The notes under the pieces were generated by a model. That model was given only the letters and a program-made list of their open reading frames with translations. It was not told the origin of the DNA and did not search any database. 64,000 nt of DNA from an uncultured delta proteobacterium (lineage in GTDB: Bacteria > Desulfobacterota > Binatia > UBA9968). Below, in pieces: positions 41,736 to 52,536 of this stretch (position 1 is its first letter; every line of letters begins with the position of its first letter). Position numbers and translations under genes: made by a program. The stretch covers positions 64,001 through 128,000 of the forward strand of contig CAVXEP010000013.1 of NCBI GenBank assembly GCA_963760795.1, in the 5' to 3' direction.

Positions 41736-42410
41736 TTACGACGGCGTGTAGGCGAGTTGGCTAGCGACCATGAAGTGAAACGGCGCGAGCAGGCGGTCAT
41801 GGCGGCGCGGTTGCGCAGCGGCAGCGGCACCGTCGTTGAAGAGTTCGATCACTTGATGAATCGCCTCGATGGTAGAGTAGCACTCCGGCCGCGGTTCCCG
41901 GCGAAAGCCGTAGGCCGATGGTGTTGGCGGTGCGAAACAGATCGTCGGCAGTTGCCGCAGATTATCACTCAGGCGCATCATCTTGCGCACGCTTTTCCAA
42001 GTTCCGTCCAAAACGAATACCACCAGAGTGCGCGACCCGGAGGCAAGCTGGCGGCGTTCGGTCGCCGTCAGTTTCGACAGATTGACCGCCTGGCGGCTCG
42101 GGAAGAGCAGCATGGGCGCGTTACCGGGATCGGCGATCTCGCGATTGACCTTCGGATGTTGGGAGAAATCTATACCTTCGAACCTGAGCGAATTGCCGAG
42201 CCCCAAATGCGCCATCCGGCCGGTGCCAAGCCGGTGCTTGGCCTCCCGCGGCTGGCTGAGAATCACAAAGCGCGGCAGCGAGTCGAACGGTTCGATGAGC
42301 GCACAGTAGCATGCCACGCCGGGCCGCCGGCAACGCGCGCACCAGGCGCGGAACTGCGCCGCATCGGCCAATCGACTCATTGTATGTTGCTCGAGCTGTT
42401 TGAGCCGCAA
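41736..42410 (-). CDS. DTW-domain tRNA-uridine aminocarboxypropyltransferase (TapT-like)
   Basis: CARCRRP...CYC, GTGR, LLFPS, VLDGTW, YSTIEA. Confidence 0.85.
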   Translation of the reverse strand: MRLKQLEQHTMSRLADAAQFRAWCARCRRPGVACYCALIEPFDSLPRFVILSQPREAKHRLGTGRMAHLGLGNSLRFEGIDFSQHPKVNREIADPGNAPMLLFPSRQAVNLSKLTATERRQLASGSRTLVVFVLDGTWKSVRKMMRLSDNLRQLPTICFAPPTPSAYGFRREPRPECYSTIEAIHQVIELFNDGAAAAAQPRRHDRLLAPFHFMVASQLAYTPS

Positions 42411-42413
42411 TGT

Positions 42414-43001
42414 TTATGCAATCCTCTTGGCGAATATGCCGGCGCGAAAGGCCGCTGCCGCGCCATCGGCAAATTCCCCTTCGCGATAGAACAATACGTG
42501 AAAGTCGCCAAAGCATTGGAGCAACTCGTTATGGCGTAACAGGTAATCGGCATTCTTCGGGTGCCCAACCGCGGCTTGGTCAATGAGATAGGTCTCAAAG
42601 ATCACATGACCGCCGGGCTTCACCGCCTGCCGCATTGGCCGGATTAGCGAGCGCTGAAGATAGTTGAAATTGACAATCAGATCGAAATCGCCGCCAGCAG
42701 GCGCGAGCTCGCCCGCTTCCAAGTCGCAGAGACGCCAGTCGATGAGCAGATCTTGCTGCTGCGCCCGCCGCCGGCCTTCCGCTAAAGCGACGGCGGAAAT
42801 ATCCAGCGCCGTTACGGCGAAGCCGCGTTGCGCTAGATAGATCGCGTTGCGTCCCTTGCCACAGGCGATGTCCAACGCCGTCCCGCCAAGCCCCATCCAA
42901 GCGTCGCTTTCAAGCATCTCGCGGAGAAAAGCCGAAGGCTGTTCAGTACCCAGTGATTTCAGATGCTGCTGGTCCCAGCGCATGCGGTCGTCGGTGGACA
43001 T
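42414..43001 (-). CDS. Class I SAM-dependent methyltransferase (TehB-like)
   Basis: ALDIACGKGRNAIYLAQRGFAVTALDIS, FNYLQR, KPGG. Confidence 0.85.
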   Translation of the reverse strand: MSTDDRMRWDQQHLKSLGTEQPSAFLREMLESDAWMGLGGTALDIACGKGRNAIYLAQRGFAVTALDISAVALAEGRRRAQQQDLLIDWRLCDLEAGELAPAGGDFDLIVNFNYLQRSLIRPMRQAVKPGGHVIFETYLIDQAAVGHPKNADYLLRHNELLQCFGDFHVLFYREGEFADGAAAAFRAGIFAKRIA

Positions 43002-43018
43002 GACTGTTCATCTCGAAA

Positions 43019-43780
43019 CTAGTACACCGCTCGCGCTAGAGTCAGGACATACACCTCTTTGGCGCCGCCTTGCTTCAACGTGCGGCTGCATTCGTTGACG
43101 GTCGCTCCCGAGGTGTAAACATCGTCAATCAGCAAGATGCGCTTGTCTTTGACCGGTCGCTCGGCGTTGAGCGCGAACGCGCCGCGCACGTTGCGCCGCC
43201 GCTCTTCCTCCGGCAGCTGAGTCTGCGCCGCGGTTTCACGGCGGCGCGTCAATAGGAACAGGTCCAACTGAATGTTGTAAGCGCGGCCGACCTCGCGGCC
43301 CAAGAGCGCCGATTGATTGAAGCCGCGCCAGCGTAGTCTTTTCGGATAAAGCGGCACCGGTACGATCACGTCGGCGTTCACCGCCGCGAGAAATTCTTGG
43401 CAGCCGTGCGCCATCAATCGCCCCAGTGGTTTGCCGAGCGAGACCTTGCGGTTGTATTTGAACTTTTGCACGACTTGTCGCAGTGGATGGTCATCTTCGC
43501 GCGGGTAGCAAGCCCAGGCGCGCGCCGCGACGAACTGCGGCCGCCGCTCTAAACAGACGCCGCAAGCATGATCGTCGCCGCTGCCGTCGGGAAAGGGCCG
43601 TCCGCAAATATTGCACAGCGGATGGCCGACCAGTTGGATATGCTGCCGGCAGAGCGAACAGAAATACTCCGCATCGCGGCCGACAATCCTGCCGCGGCAA
43701 GCCCGGCAGCGCGGCGGATAAAGCCAGTCGAGCAGCCAATCGACGCGCCCCGGCAATCTTGCAATAGCGCAAAGCTCCAT
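43019..43780 (-). CDS. comF: ComF family protein (double zinc ribbon + PRTase)
   Basis: LYPPRCRAC, CxxC pairs, VPVPL..KR..WRGFNQ, LIDDVYTSGAT. Confidence 0.88.
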   Translation of the reverse strand: MELCAIARLPGRVDWLLDWLYPPRCRACRGRIVGRDAEYFCSLCRQHIQLVGHPLCNICGRPFPDGSGDDHACGVCLERRPQFVAARAWACYPREDDHPLRQVVQKFKYNRKVSLGKPLGRLMAHGCQEFLAAVNADVIVPVPLYPKRLRWRGFNQSALLGREVGRAYNIQLDLFLLTRRRETAAQTQLPEEERRRNVRGAFALNAERPVKDKRILLIDDVYTSGATVNECSRTLKQGGAKEVYVLTLARAVY

Positions 43781-43836
43781 GGCGAAAGAGAGCTTAGCAA
43801 ACCCGAGTGGCAAGTAGCAAAGCTGAATTGAATGGC

Positions 43837-45381
43837 CTACGACTCGACGAGTAGAGAATGACCGGTCATCTCCGCCGGCTGCGGCAAACCCAGCAGTTGC
43901 ATCACCGTGGGCGCGACGTCGATGGCGGTGCCGGAGTTGAGCCGGCAGTGGCGATGCGCTTCGTCGATTAGAATCACCGGCACCAGATTGATCGTGTGCG
44001 CCGTATGCGGCATGCCGGTGTCGTAGTCGATCAGCTGTTCGATATTGCCATGATCGGCGGTGATAATAATTTTGCCCTGCTTCGCCAAAGTCGCGTCCAC
44101 CACTTTGCCTAGACACTCGTCGATTACTTCCACCGCTTTGACCGAGGCTTCGAAGTTTCCCGTATGGCCGACCATGTCGGCGTTCGCGTAGTTGGCGATC
44201 ACCAGCCCAACATCGGTTTCGCGCAAGTGTTTCACCAGCGCCTCGGTCACCGGCCGTGCGCTCATCTCCGGTTTCAAGTCGTAGGTCGCCACGTCTTTCG
44301 GCGAGGGAATGAGGATCCGTTCTTCGCCGGGGAATTTACTTTCCTCGCCGCCGTTGAAGAAGTAGGTCACATGGGCGTACTTTTCGGTCTCGGCGATACG
44401 CAACTGCTTGACCCCCGCCTGACTGGCGACTTCACCCAAGATCTTTCTAATCTCGCGCGGCTGGTAAGCCACCGGATGGTTAAAGGTTTCATCATACTGG
44501 GTCATGGTCGTGTAGCTCGCCAGATCGATGCGCTGCGGGCGCGGAAAGTCGGTGAATTCCGGATCGGTCAAGGCGCGCGTCAGCTCGCGCGCCCGGTCGG
44601 CGCGGAAGTTGAAAAAAATCACGCCGTCGCCGTCGCGGATCAGTCCATCCGGCACCGCGCCGTCGATGGTCGTCGGCAGGAGAAATTCATCGGTGATCTT
44701 CGCCTGATAGCTTGCGCGAATCGCCTCGAGCGCGGATGGCGCGCGGTTGCCGATGCCTCCGGTCAGACAAATATAGGCTTTCTCAACGCGCTCCCAGCGC
44801 CTATCGCGGTCCATGGCGTAATAGCGGCCGCTCACCGTGGCAATTTTGACGTTGGGGAAGTTTTTCAATTTCTCGTTCAAGTCGAGCATGAACTGCTCGG
44901 CGCTATTGGGCGGCGTATCGCGGCCATCGAGAAACAGATGGAGAAAAACCTGGGCCAGACGCTCGCGCTTGGCCATTTCAAGAATCGCTTCCATATGGCG
45001 CTGATGACTATGCACTCCACCGTCGCCCAACAGTCCCATCAAGTGCAGGCGATCGCTGTTTGCCTTGGTCTTCCTCAGCGAGTCGAGTAGCACGCTATTG
45101 CGATAGAACCCGCCTTCATCGATGTCTTTGTGGATCAGGGTCAAATCTTGGAAGACAATGCGGCCGGCACCGAGAATCATATGGCCCACTTCCGAGTTGC
45201 CCATCTGCCCTGCCGGCAGGCCGACATCGACACCGGACATGGACAGGCGCGAGTTGGGATAATCGCGCAGCAAAGCATCGAGATTGGGCGTGGTCGCATT
45301 GGCGATGGCGTTGAAGTCTTTGCGCGGATTGATGCCGAAGCCGTCAAGAATAACCAAAACCACCGGCTGGGTTGTGCTCAC
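43837..45381 (-). CDS. gpmI: 2,3-bisphosphoglycerate-independent phosphoglycerate mutase
   Basis: VLVILDGFG, GQMGNSEVGH, GRYYAMDRD, AETEKYAHVT, ANADMVGHTG, TADHGN; GTG start at 45381 inferred. Confidence 0.95.
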   Translation of the reverse strand: MSTTQPVVLVILDGFGINPRKDFNAIANATTPNLDALLRDYPNSRLSMSGVDVGLPAGQMGNSEVGHMILGAGRIVFQDLTLIHKDIDEGGFYRNSVLLDSLRKTKANSDRLHLMGLLGDGGVHSHQRHMEAILEMAKRERLAQVFLHLFLDGRDTPPNSAEQFMLDLNEKLKNFPNVKIATVSGRYYAMDRDRRWERVEKAYICLTGGIGNRAPSALEAIRASYQAKITDEFLLPTTIDGAVPDGLIRDGDGVIFFNFRADRARELTRALTDPEFTDFPRPQRIDLASYTTMTQYDETFNHPVAYQPREIRKILGEVASQAGVKQLRIAETEKYAHVTYFFNGGEESKFPGEERILIPSPKDVATYDLKPEMSARPVTEALVKHLRETDVGLVIANYANADMVGHTGNFEASVKAVEVIDECLGKVVDATLAKQGKIIITADHGNIEQLIDYDTGMPHTAHTINLVPVILIDEAHRHCRLNSGTAIDVAPTVMQLLGLPQPAEMTGHSLLVES

Positions 45382-45433
45382 GAGGGATTCCTTTCTGACT
45401 GGACCGGAGAGATTAATCAAAATAGCCGCTCGG

Positions 45434-45847
45434 CTAGTCGGACAGTTGCGCGTCGCTGGCGCGTTGTTGCGCGATCAGTTTGGCGTAGCTGGCCGGCAGC
45501 TTCGCCTGGGGCGCGTGGCTCCATAGGCCGTCGAGATTGTAGAACTGGCGCATCGGCTTGTAGAAGATATGGACAATCACATCGGAAAAGTCCATCAACA
45601 CCCAATGGCCGCGCTGCGCGCCTTCGACGGCAAACGGCCGCACGCCGGCGCTCGCCGCTTCCTGCTGCAATCCTTGGGCGATACTCTGCACCTGGCGATC
45701 GGAGCGGCCCGAGCAAAGGATAAAGTATTCGGCAATCGAAGTGTGCGCATGGACGTCAAGCACGGCCAGGTCGTCCGCTTTCTTATCCAGCGCCGCCCGC
45801 GTCAGCAACAGCGCTTTGTCCCAGCTACTCAGTGCTTTTACTTTCAC
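45434..45847 (-). CDS. rsfS: Ribosome silencing factor
   Basis: DKKADD, FILCSGRSDRQV, WVLMDFSDVIVHIF, FYNLDGLW; follows nadD. Confidence 0.93.
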   Translation of the reverse strand: MKVKALSSWDKALLLTRAALDKKADDLAVLDVHAHTSIAEYFILCSGRSDRQVQSIAQGLQQEAASAGVRPFAVEGAQRGHWVLMDFSDVIVHIFYKPMRQFYNLDGLWSHAPQAKLPASYAKLIAQQRASDAQLSD

Positions 45848-46506
45848 GAACTCTCCCTGCGGTCACCGTATAGGCGGCGCCGTTTGATATAGTTCTTCAC
45901 CGCCGCTGGTAACAAATATCGTATCGACTTTCCTTTGCGCACGAGCGCGCGAATTTCTGAAGCTGAAATGGCGATATCGGTGAGCTCGATAAGATGCACT
46001 CGGGTGCCGCTCTGATGGCGGTAATTACGTTTTTTTGAATCATAACAAAACAGTTTTTTCACGGCAACGCCGGCGCCCTTGAGCGCATCGTTCTCCTTGC
46101 TGCCTGGTCTCGAAGTGACGATGAAATTGCACAAGGGAAAGATATCTTTGAAATCCTTCCATGTACCGATCTCGATGAACGCGTCCAAGCCGATGATGAA
46201 GTAAAGCGAATCGCGCCTGGTCAGCTGGCCGGCAAATTGACGAATCGTGTCGACGGAATACGACGGTCCGGGGCGGTCTAGTTCCACCGTTGACACGGCG
46301 AAGCGCGGATTGCGCGCCACCGCCAGGCGGACCATGCGCAGGCGGTCCTGGGCCGGCGTCGTGGTCTTGCCGCGTTTGTGCGGCGGTATCGAGGCGGGGA
46401 TGAAGTAAACTCGGTCGAGACCATAGGTCTCGCTCACCTCTTCCGCGCTGCGCAGATGGCCCCAATGGATCGGATCGAAGGTGCCGCCGAACAGGCCGAC
46501 TTTCAT
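45844..46506 (-). CDS. nadD: Nicotinate-nucleotide adenylyltransferase
   Basis: GLFGGTFDPIHWGH, PPHK, SYSVDT, FIIGLD, ISASEIR. Confidence 0.95.
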   Translation of the reverse strand: MKVGLFGGTFDPIHWGHLRSAEEVSETYGLDRVYFIPASIPPHKRGKTTTPAQDRLRMVRLAVARNPRFAVSTVELDRPGPSYSVDTIRQFAGQLTRRDSLYFIIGLDAFIEIGTWKDFKDIFPLCNFIVTSRPGSKENDALKGAGVAVKKLFCYDSKKRNYRHQSGTRVHLIELTDIAISASEIRALVRKGKSIRYLLPAAVKNYIKRRRLYGDRRESS

Positions 46507-46571
46507 TGGCTGCACGGCCCGCCTTTCAAAGTATGACAAGGGTTTCTAATTGAAGGGGCTTGGCGACCATG

Positions 46572-46636
46572 GTTTTCGGGGTTTCGGGTTCCGGGTTTCG
46601 AGTTAACCCGAAACTCGAAACTTGAAACTCGAAACT
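46572..46636. repeat. Heptamer (TTTCGRG / AAACTCG) tandem/inverted repeat
   Basis: GTTTCGGGTTCCGGGTTTCGAGTT-AACCCGAAACTCGAAACTTGAAACTCGAAACT between proA and nadD. Confidence 0.8.
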
Positions 46637-46671
46637 CTGTGGCGGCGGGTGGTTTTCCTGGAGGGGCGATT

Positions 46672-47930
46672 TCATTCGCGAATTTGCCCATCGCCAAAGA
46701 CGATAAACTTGGTCGTCGTCAGCTCTTCCAACCCCATGGGCCCGAAGGCGTGAATTTTGCTCGTGCTGATGCCGATCTCGGCGCCAAGGCCCAACTCGCC
46801 GCCATCGTTGAAGCGCGTCGACGCATTGACCATGACGGCGGAGGAGTTTACTCGATCGATGAACTCGCGGGATTTTTGATAGTTGTTGGTAATGATGCTC
46901 TCGGTATGCTGCGAGCCGTACCGTTCGATATGATCGATCGCCTCGTCCATATCTTTGACTACGCGCACCGAAACGATCAATTCTAAATACTCCGTGACCC
47001 AGTCTTCTTCGGTGGCTTTCTTGATGCCCGGCACCAGCGCGCGGGTCTGGTCGCAGCCGCGCACCTCGACTTCGGCCGCTCGATACTTCTCGATCATCGC
47101 CGGCAAGAATTGCGCCGCGACAGCTTGGTGAACCAACAGCGTCTCCATGGCGTTGCACACCGACGGTCGCTGCACCTTGGCGTTGAAACAGATCGCGCTC
47201 GGCCATCGCCAACGACGCATCGCTGTCGACGTAGACATGGCAGATGCCTTTGTAGTGCTTGATCACCGGGATCTTCGAATCGGCCACCACGGCGCGGATC
47301 AGATCCTCGCCGCCGCGCGGGATAATCAGATCGATATACTCTTCCAACTGCAGCAGCTCGTTGACCAGTGCGTGATCTTTAAGCTGGACGACTTGCACCG
47401 CGTCCGGCGGCACGCGCGTCTCAGCGCAGGCTTCGCGCAGCACCGCGCCGATGGCCTGATTGGAATGATGCGCTTCACTGCCGCCGCGCAGGATCACCGC
47501 GTTGCCGGACTTGAGACAGAGAGCCGCCGCGTCAGCGGTGACGTTGGGGCGGGCTTCGTAGATGATGCCGATGACGCCCAACGGTATGCGCATGCGCCCC
47601 ACTTGCAAGCCGTTGGGCCGGCGCCACATCTTGACCACCTCGCGCACCGGATCCGGCAGTGCCGCGACAGCGCGCAGCCCCTGGGCCATCTCCTGCACCC
47701 GGGTCGGGTTGAGCACGATGCGGTCGAGCATGGCGCCCGCCACACCCTTCGCCTTGGCGAATTCGAGATCTTTATGGTTCGCTGCGATCAAGAATGTCGC
47801 TCCGGGCTTCAAGCTTCTCAGCCATCAGCAACAAGGCGCGATTCTTCTCTGCCGAGGACAATGGCGCCAACTGGCGCGCGGCGATTTTGGCTTGTTTGCC
47901 GAGTCGGATAGCTTGTTCTTTAAGGGACAA
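46672..47930 (-). CDS. proA: Gamma-glutamyl phosphate reductase; frameshifts near 47795 and 47195
   Basis: [61 protein letters not shown]; N-terminus [15 protein letters not shown] read manually. Confidence 0.93.
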
Positions 47931-47958
47931 CTGTCGTCACCGGACACTTGCCAGATTC

Positions 47959-49092
47959 TTACAGTATCACAAGATCGTCGCGGTGGATGACCTCGTCTTG
48001 GGCTTTATAACCCAAAACTTTTTCAATCTTGCTTGTATGCAATCCTTTGATCCGATTCAACTCCACTTCGCCGTAGTTGACCAGACCGCGGGCGAATTCC
48101 TTGCCTTGGAAATCAACGCGGACGCAATCGCCGACACCGAAGGATCCTTCGACCTTTTCGACGCCGGCGGGCAGCAGGCTCTTGCCCTTGCCGGCCACCG
48201 CCTGATAGGCGCCTTCGTTGACAACGATGGTTCCCGCCGGCTTGAGATTGAATCCGATCCAGTGCTTCTTGCGGCGCAAATGCTTCTCGTCGGGCAGAAT
48301 CAATGTGCCGAGTTGTTGTTTAGCGTCGAACACTTTCTCGAGCACGCCGTTTTGCATGCCGCTGGCGATGATCGTCGGAATGCCCGCCGCGGCAGCCTCT
48401 TCGGCGGCGGCAAGTTTGCTGGCAATGCCGCCGGTGCCGGCCGCGCTCACGCTCGCGCCGCCGATCGCCTGGCGCAAGCCGCGCGCCTCGCCAATGAGGG
48501 GAATCAGTTGGGCATCGTCATGGACCCGCGGATCCTTGTCGTAGACACCCTCGACATCGCTCAAGATCACCAGCAAGTCCGCTTCGAGAAGCGTTGCTAC
48601 CAAGGCCGACAGATGATCGTTGTCGCCGAACTTCATCTCCTCGACGGCCACGGTGTCATTCTCGTTGACGATCGGAATGATCGACGACCCGAGCAGCATC
48701 TGAAAAGTATGTTTAGCGTTAATATAACGTTGGCGATTGGCGAGATCGTCGGCGGTCAGCAAAACCTGGGCGACATTTTTGCCGAACTTGGCAAACGTCC
48801 GCTCATAGAGCGCCATCAATTTGATTTGTCCCACCGCGGCGAGCGCCTGTTTCTCGGGAATCGTTTTCGGCCGCTCTTTCCAGCCCAGCTGTGTCATCCC
48901 CGCCGCCACCGCGCCCGAACTGACGACCACGACTTGGCGCTTGCCGCCCTGCAGTTCGGCCAACTGGCGCACCAGGCCGCGCAGGCGTCCCTCCTCGATG
49001 CCGTCTTTGGAAGACAGGATCTGACTGCCGATCTTCACCACGACGCGGCGCGCCCGCGTCAGGATCGGCTTCTTATGCTCCAGCTGCGTCAC
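47959..49092 (-). CDS. proB: Glutamate 5-kinase
   Basis: VVVKIGS, SSGAVAAG, PIVNENDTV, FGDNDHLSA, GTGG, PUA domain, IHRDDLV. Confidence 0.95.
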   Translation of the reverse strand: MTQLEHKKPILTRARRVVVKIGSQILSSKDGIEEGRLRGLVRQLAELQGGKRQVVVVSSGAVAAGMTQLGWKERPKTIPEKQALAAVGQIKLMALYERTFAKFGKNVAQVLLTADDLANRQRYINAKHTFQMLLGSSIIPIVNENDTVAVEEMKFGDNDHLSALVATLLEADLLVILSDVEGVYDKDPRVHDDAQLIPLIGEARGLRQAIGGASVSAAGTGGIASKLAAAEEAAAAGIPTIIASGMQNGVLEKVFDAKQQLGTLILPDEKHLRRKKHWIGFNLKPAGTIVVNEGAYQAVAGKGKSLLPAGVEKVEGSFGVGDCVRVDFQGKEFARGLVNYGEVELNRIKGLHTSKIEKVLGYKAQDEVIHRDDLVIL

Positions 49093-50116
49093 TGTCGGTC
49101 TCGTCCTGTTGCTGCCTCACTTCGTCGAGTTTGCGGCCGATGGCATAGACCAGTTGCTGTACGCCCTCTGTCGTTGCCGCCGAGATCACAAGCAACGGGC
49201 GATAGGCTTTGGGCAATTTCTTGCCGAGTAACTTGGCCAACTCCCGTCCCTCGGGCAAATCGATTTTGTTGGCGACGACGATTTGCGGCTTGTCGATCAA
49301 TTCCGGATCGAAAAGCTCCATCTCGCGGTTGATCGCCTGCCACTCGGCCAACGGCTCTTTCTCGTCGAGCTGCGAAGCGTCGAGCACATGAACCAGCACC
49401 CGCGTGCGCAGGATATGACGCAGAAACTTATCGCCCAGGCCATGGCCCTGGTGCGCGCCTTCGATGAGGCCGGGAATATCCGCCGCGACAAAACTCTTGC
49501 CTGCGCCGTAACTGACTACACCCAGATTGGGTACCAGTGTAGTAAACGGATAGTCGGCAATCTTTGGCCGCACCGCCGAGATCACCGAGATCAGCGTCGA
49601 CTTGCCGGCATTGGGCAGGCCGATAATGCCGACATCGGCGAGCAAGCGAAGCTCGACCTCCAGCTCGCGCTCGACACCCGGTTCGCCCGGTTGACAGAAA
49701 CGCGGGCTGCGGTTGGTCGATGACGCGAAATGCGCGTTACCCTTGCCGCCGCGCCCGCCGGCGGCGATCACCGCCCGCTCACCCGGAGTTTTCAAGTCCG
49801 CCAGCAGCTCGCCGCTGACGACATCGCGGATCAATGTCCCCACCGGAACTTTGATAATGCAATCGTCGCCGCGCCGGCCGTCGCAGTCGGCGTCGCCGCC
49901 GCGCTTGCCGGGATTCGCTTTCCATTCTTTCCGATAGCGCAGGTCGAGCAGCGTCGACAGCTGCGGGTCCGCAATGGCGACCACGTCGCCGCCATGACCG
50001 CCGTTGCCGCCATCTGCCGGGCCCCGGCGGACAAACTTAGCCCGGTAAAAACTCACCGACCCCGGCCCGCCGTCACCGGCGATTGCGCGGATCTTGGTCT
50101 CATCGATAAATTTCAT
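49073..50116 (-). CDS. obgE: GTPase Obg/CgtA
   Basis: MKFIDE, Gly-rich Obg fold, GLPNAGKST, DYPFTTL, DIPG, NKID. Confidence 0.96.
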   Translation of the reverse strand: MKFIDETKIRAIAGDGGPGSVSFYRAKFVRRGPADGGNGGHGGDVVAIADPQLSTLLDLRYRKEWKANPGKRGGDADCDGRRGDDCIIKVPVGTLIRDVVSGELLADLKTPGERAVIAAGGRGGKGNAHFASSTNRSPRFCQPGEPGVERELEVELRLLADVGIIGLPNAGKSTLISVISAVRPKIADYPFTTLVPNLGVVSYGAGKSFVAADIPGLIEGAHQGHGLGDKFLRHILRTRVLVHVLDASQLDEKEPLAEWQAINREMELFDPELIDKPQIVVANKIDLPEGRELAKLLGKKLPKAYRPLLVISAATTEGVQQLVYAIGRKLDEVRQQQDETDSDAAGA

Positions 50117-50127
50117 AACAAGCGGTC

Positions 50128-50230
50128 TTCAGTAGCCAGTGATCAATAGTCAGTATGATCAGAGCATGACCGAAAAAACCTCGATTCGCCAGCTAAGTCC
50201 GGACAACTAAGAACCGATAACTGGCAGCTT
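50128..50230. repeat. Degenerate heptamer (CAGTRRY) tandem/inverted repeat
   Basis: CAGTAGC CAGTGAT CAATAGT CAGTATG ... CTAAGAA CCGATAA CTGGCAG. Confidence 0.45.
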
Positions 50231-50254
50231 CTCCCATCTTCGCCATATTCCAGA

Positions 50255-50285
50255 CAAAAAAAAAGCCCCGAAAGGGGGCTTCTTT
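50255..50285 (-). terminator. Intrinsic terminator after rplU-rpmA
   Basis: AAAAAAAAAGCCCC-GAAA-GGGGGCTT; minus strand gives stem + U9. Confidence 0.8.
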
Positions 50286-50306
50286 CATAGCAGTCCAATG
50301 AGAAAA

Positions 50307-50564
50307 TTACTGAGCCGGGACAACTTCGACTTTCTTGCGGGTCTTATCGTAGCGGCCATATTTGACCACGCCGTCGACGAGCGAGAAGAGAGTATAGTCG
50401 CGCCCCATGCCGACGTTGGTGCCGGGATGAATCTTGGTGCCCAACTGGCGCACTAGAATATTGCCCGCGCGCACCGTCTGGCCGCCGTACACTTTGACGC
50501 CCCGTCGCTGCCCGTTGCTATCGCGCCCGTTGCGCGAACTGCCGCCTGCTTTTTTATGTGCCAT
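50307..50564 (-). CDS. rpmA: 50S ribosomal protein L27
   Basis: [16 protein letters not shown]. Confidence 0.98.
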   Translation of the reverse strand: MAHKKAGGSSRNGRDSNGQRRGVKVYGGQTVRAGNILVRQLGTKIHPGTNVGMGRDYTLFSLVDGVVKYGRYDKTRKKVEVVPAQ

Positions 50565-50577
50565 ACCTGCTCCCGGG

Positions 50578-50892
50578 CTACGCTTCGATGGAGGTGATTT
50601 TTAGCGCCGTCTGATACTGCCGATGGCCCTGCTGCCGGCTGTAGCCTTTGCGCCGTTTCTTTTTGAAAACGATGATTTTCTTGGCGCGCCCCTGTTCGAC
50701 GATTTCGCCGGTGACTGTGGCGTTGGCCACCAATGGAGTGCCGATTTTAACGTCATCGTCATTGCCGACAAACAAGACATCCGCCAGGGTGATTTTCTCG
50801 CCCACTTCTGCGTCGAGCTTCTCGATCTTGACGACGTCGCCTTCAGAGACGCGGTATTGCTTACCGCCGGTTCTAATTACTGCATATTTCAT
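50578..50892 (-). CDS. rplU: 50S ribosomal protein L21
   Basis: [24 protein letters not shown]. Confidence 0.98.
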   Translation of the reverse strand: MKYAVIRTGGKQYRVSEGDVVKIEKLDAEVGEKITLADVLFVGNDDDVKIGTPLVANATVTGEIVEQGRAKKIIVFKKKRRKGYSRQQGHRQYQTALKITSIEA

Positions 50893-51094
50893 AGGAATTT
50901 ACCGAAAGTTAGTTTTTAAAGGAAAACCGACCCAAAGTCAACGTTTTGGCTGTGATCGCGGCGCTGAAGGCCTCGTCAGATCGTCGCAGCCGACACCCTT
51001 TCTCAGCCGCTGCCGAGTGTGACGAATCCCTCTAATTATCACTTTGGCAGCATCCGCTCCACTTCAGCAAATCCCTGACCACCCTCCGGAGCGG

Positions 51095-51153
51095 TTGACA
51101 CATTCCGCTGCAATTCATTTATATCTGATTACGATATTATCGTAATACGATCT
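51095..51153 (+). promoter_or_regulatory. Promoter and tandem palindromic operator upstream of marR
   Basis: TTGACA at 51095; perfect ATTACGATA-T-TATCGTAAT (51128-51146), also readable as two adjacent ATC-N-ACGAT sites. Confidence 0.7.
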
Positions 51154-51157
51154 AATT

Positions 51158-51689
51158 ATGACGAACGATTAAAAGCCTTCCCGACTTCACAGCGATGGCC
51201 GAGCTGCGCTATCAGATTCGTCGTTTCTTGCGCTTTAGTGAGACCGCCGCGCGCCAAGCGGGAATTGAGCCGCAACAGCACCAACTTCTCCTCGCCGTCA
51301 AGGGATTACCCAAGAACTTGAAACCCACCATTGGCGTGCTCGCCGAACGGATGCAGTTGCAGCACCACAGCACCGTCGAGCTTGTCGACCGGCTGGCCGA
51401 CCGAGGATTTCTTTTGCGCTTGCGCGCCAGCGACGATCGACGCCAGGTCCTGGTCAAACTGACTCGCGACGGCGAGGAGTTTCTCAAAACACTTTCACTC
51501 CATCATTTGCAAGAATTGCAGTCCTCCGGTCCGAAATTCGTGAAGATATTGCAGGGTTTGATCGAAAGTATCGAAGCGCCGCCTAACACCGCAGTTAATA
51601 TGACGACGACGGAATCAAAAACGCCGAATAAACAGCGAAAGGAAAAAACCATGGCTAATCAAACGAATCCACCGAAGAACTACTTTTAG
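51158..51689 (+). CDS. MarR-family transcriptional regulator (probable indel near 51165; C-terminal end uncertain)
   Basis: AELRYQIRRFLRFSE, QQHQLLLAVKG, LAERMQLQHHSTVELVDRL, DRRQVLVKLT; in-frame IKSLPDFTA precedes ATG 51195. Confidence 0.85.
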
Positions 51690-52501
51690 ACGTGCGCGTC
51701 GCTGAGGCCTCGCGCTTGTTCAAATTCTACCTGAACCAGGAGAAGAAAATTCTCGGCACTGCCTCGGTTACCATCTTCTTGGTTATATGGGAGCTGGTTG
51801 GAAATACCTTTCAGTTGATCAATCCGATGTTCATGAGCGCGCCGTCTTTGGTTTGGAAGGCGGCCTTTCAGATGTTTTCTTCCGGCGAAATCTATAACGA
51901 CCTTTATGTTAGCGGTATCGAACTTGCCGGGGGCTATTTGTTATCGGTCGTTGTTGCCGTTCCCTTTGGCATCGCCATCGGCTGGTACAAGAAAGTAGCT
52001 TACATATTCGATCCCTTTGTCAACGCGATGAACGCGACCCCGCGCGTGGCGCTTTTGCCGCTGGTCATCATCTGGTTAGGGATCGGCATACTCTCCAAGG
52101 TCGGTATTATCTTTCTCGGCGCGGTTTTCCCCATATTGATCAATGCGCGCGATGGGGTGAAGACCACACCGGCGAATCTTCTTACCGCCGCCAGGAGTTT
52201 CGGCGCTTCCGAGTGGATGCTCTTCAAGACCGTGGTGCTTCCGTCTACGGTTCCTTTTATCCTGACTGGATTGAGGCTCGGACTTGGCAGAGCGATTGTC
52301 GGTGTTATGGTCGGCGAGCTTTACGCCGCCACCGCCGGCATCGGTTTTATGATCACGGTTGCCGGCGCCACATTCCAGACCGATAAAGTCTTTGTCGGCG
52401 TGCTCATATTCGCGCTTACAGGAATGATCGGTACCGAGTTAATCACCCGGGTGGAAAAGCGCTTTAATCGCTGGCGCCCCGCAGTCGGGTCGACGGAATA
52501 G
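51651..52501 (+). CDS. ABC permease (TauC/SsuC type), orphan; probable indel near 51665
   Basis: TPRVALLPL, AARSFGAS EAA loop, VMVGEL, GIGF; AAGGA RBS precedes ATG 51651 while the long frame opens shortly after. Confidence 0.88.
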
Positions 52502-52536
52502 TCCACGATTCAGCCGAGGTTTAGGTTGGGTTAACG

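Noticed and set aside
41157-42539. 460-aa plus-strand ORF, and other long antisense ORFs (16099-17589, 44164-45090, 47794-49332, 37639-38517)
   Set aside because: They lie antisense to well-supported genes, show no recognisable motifs, and are expected shadows of high-GC codon bias.
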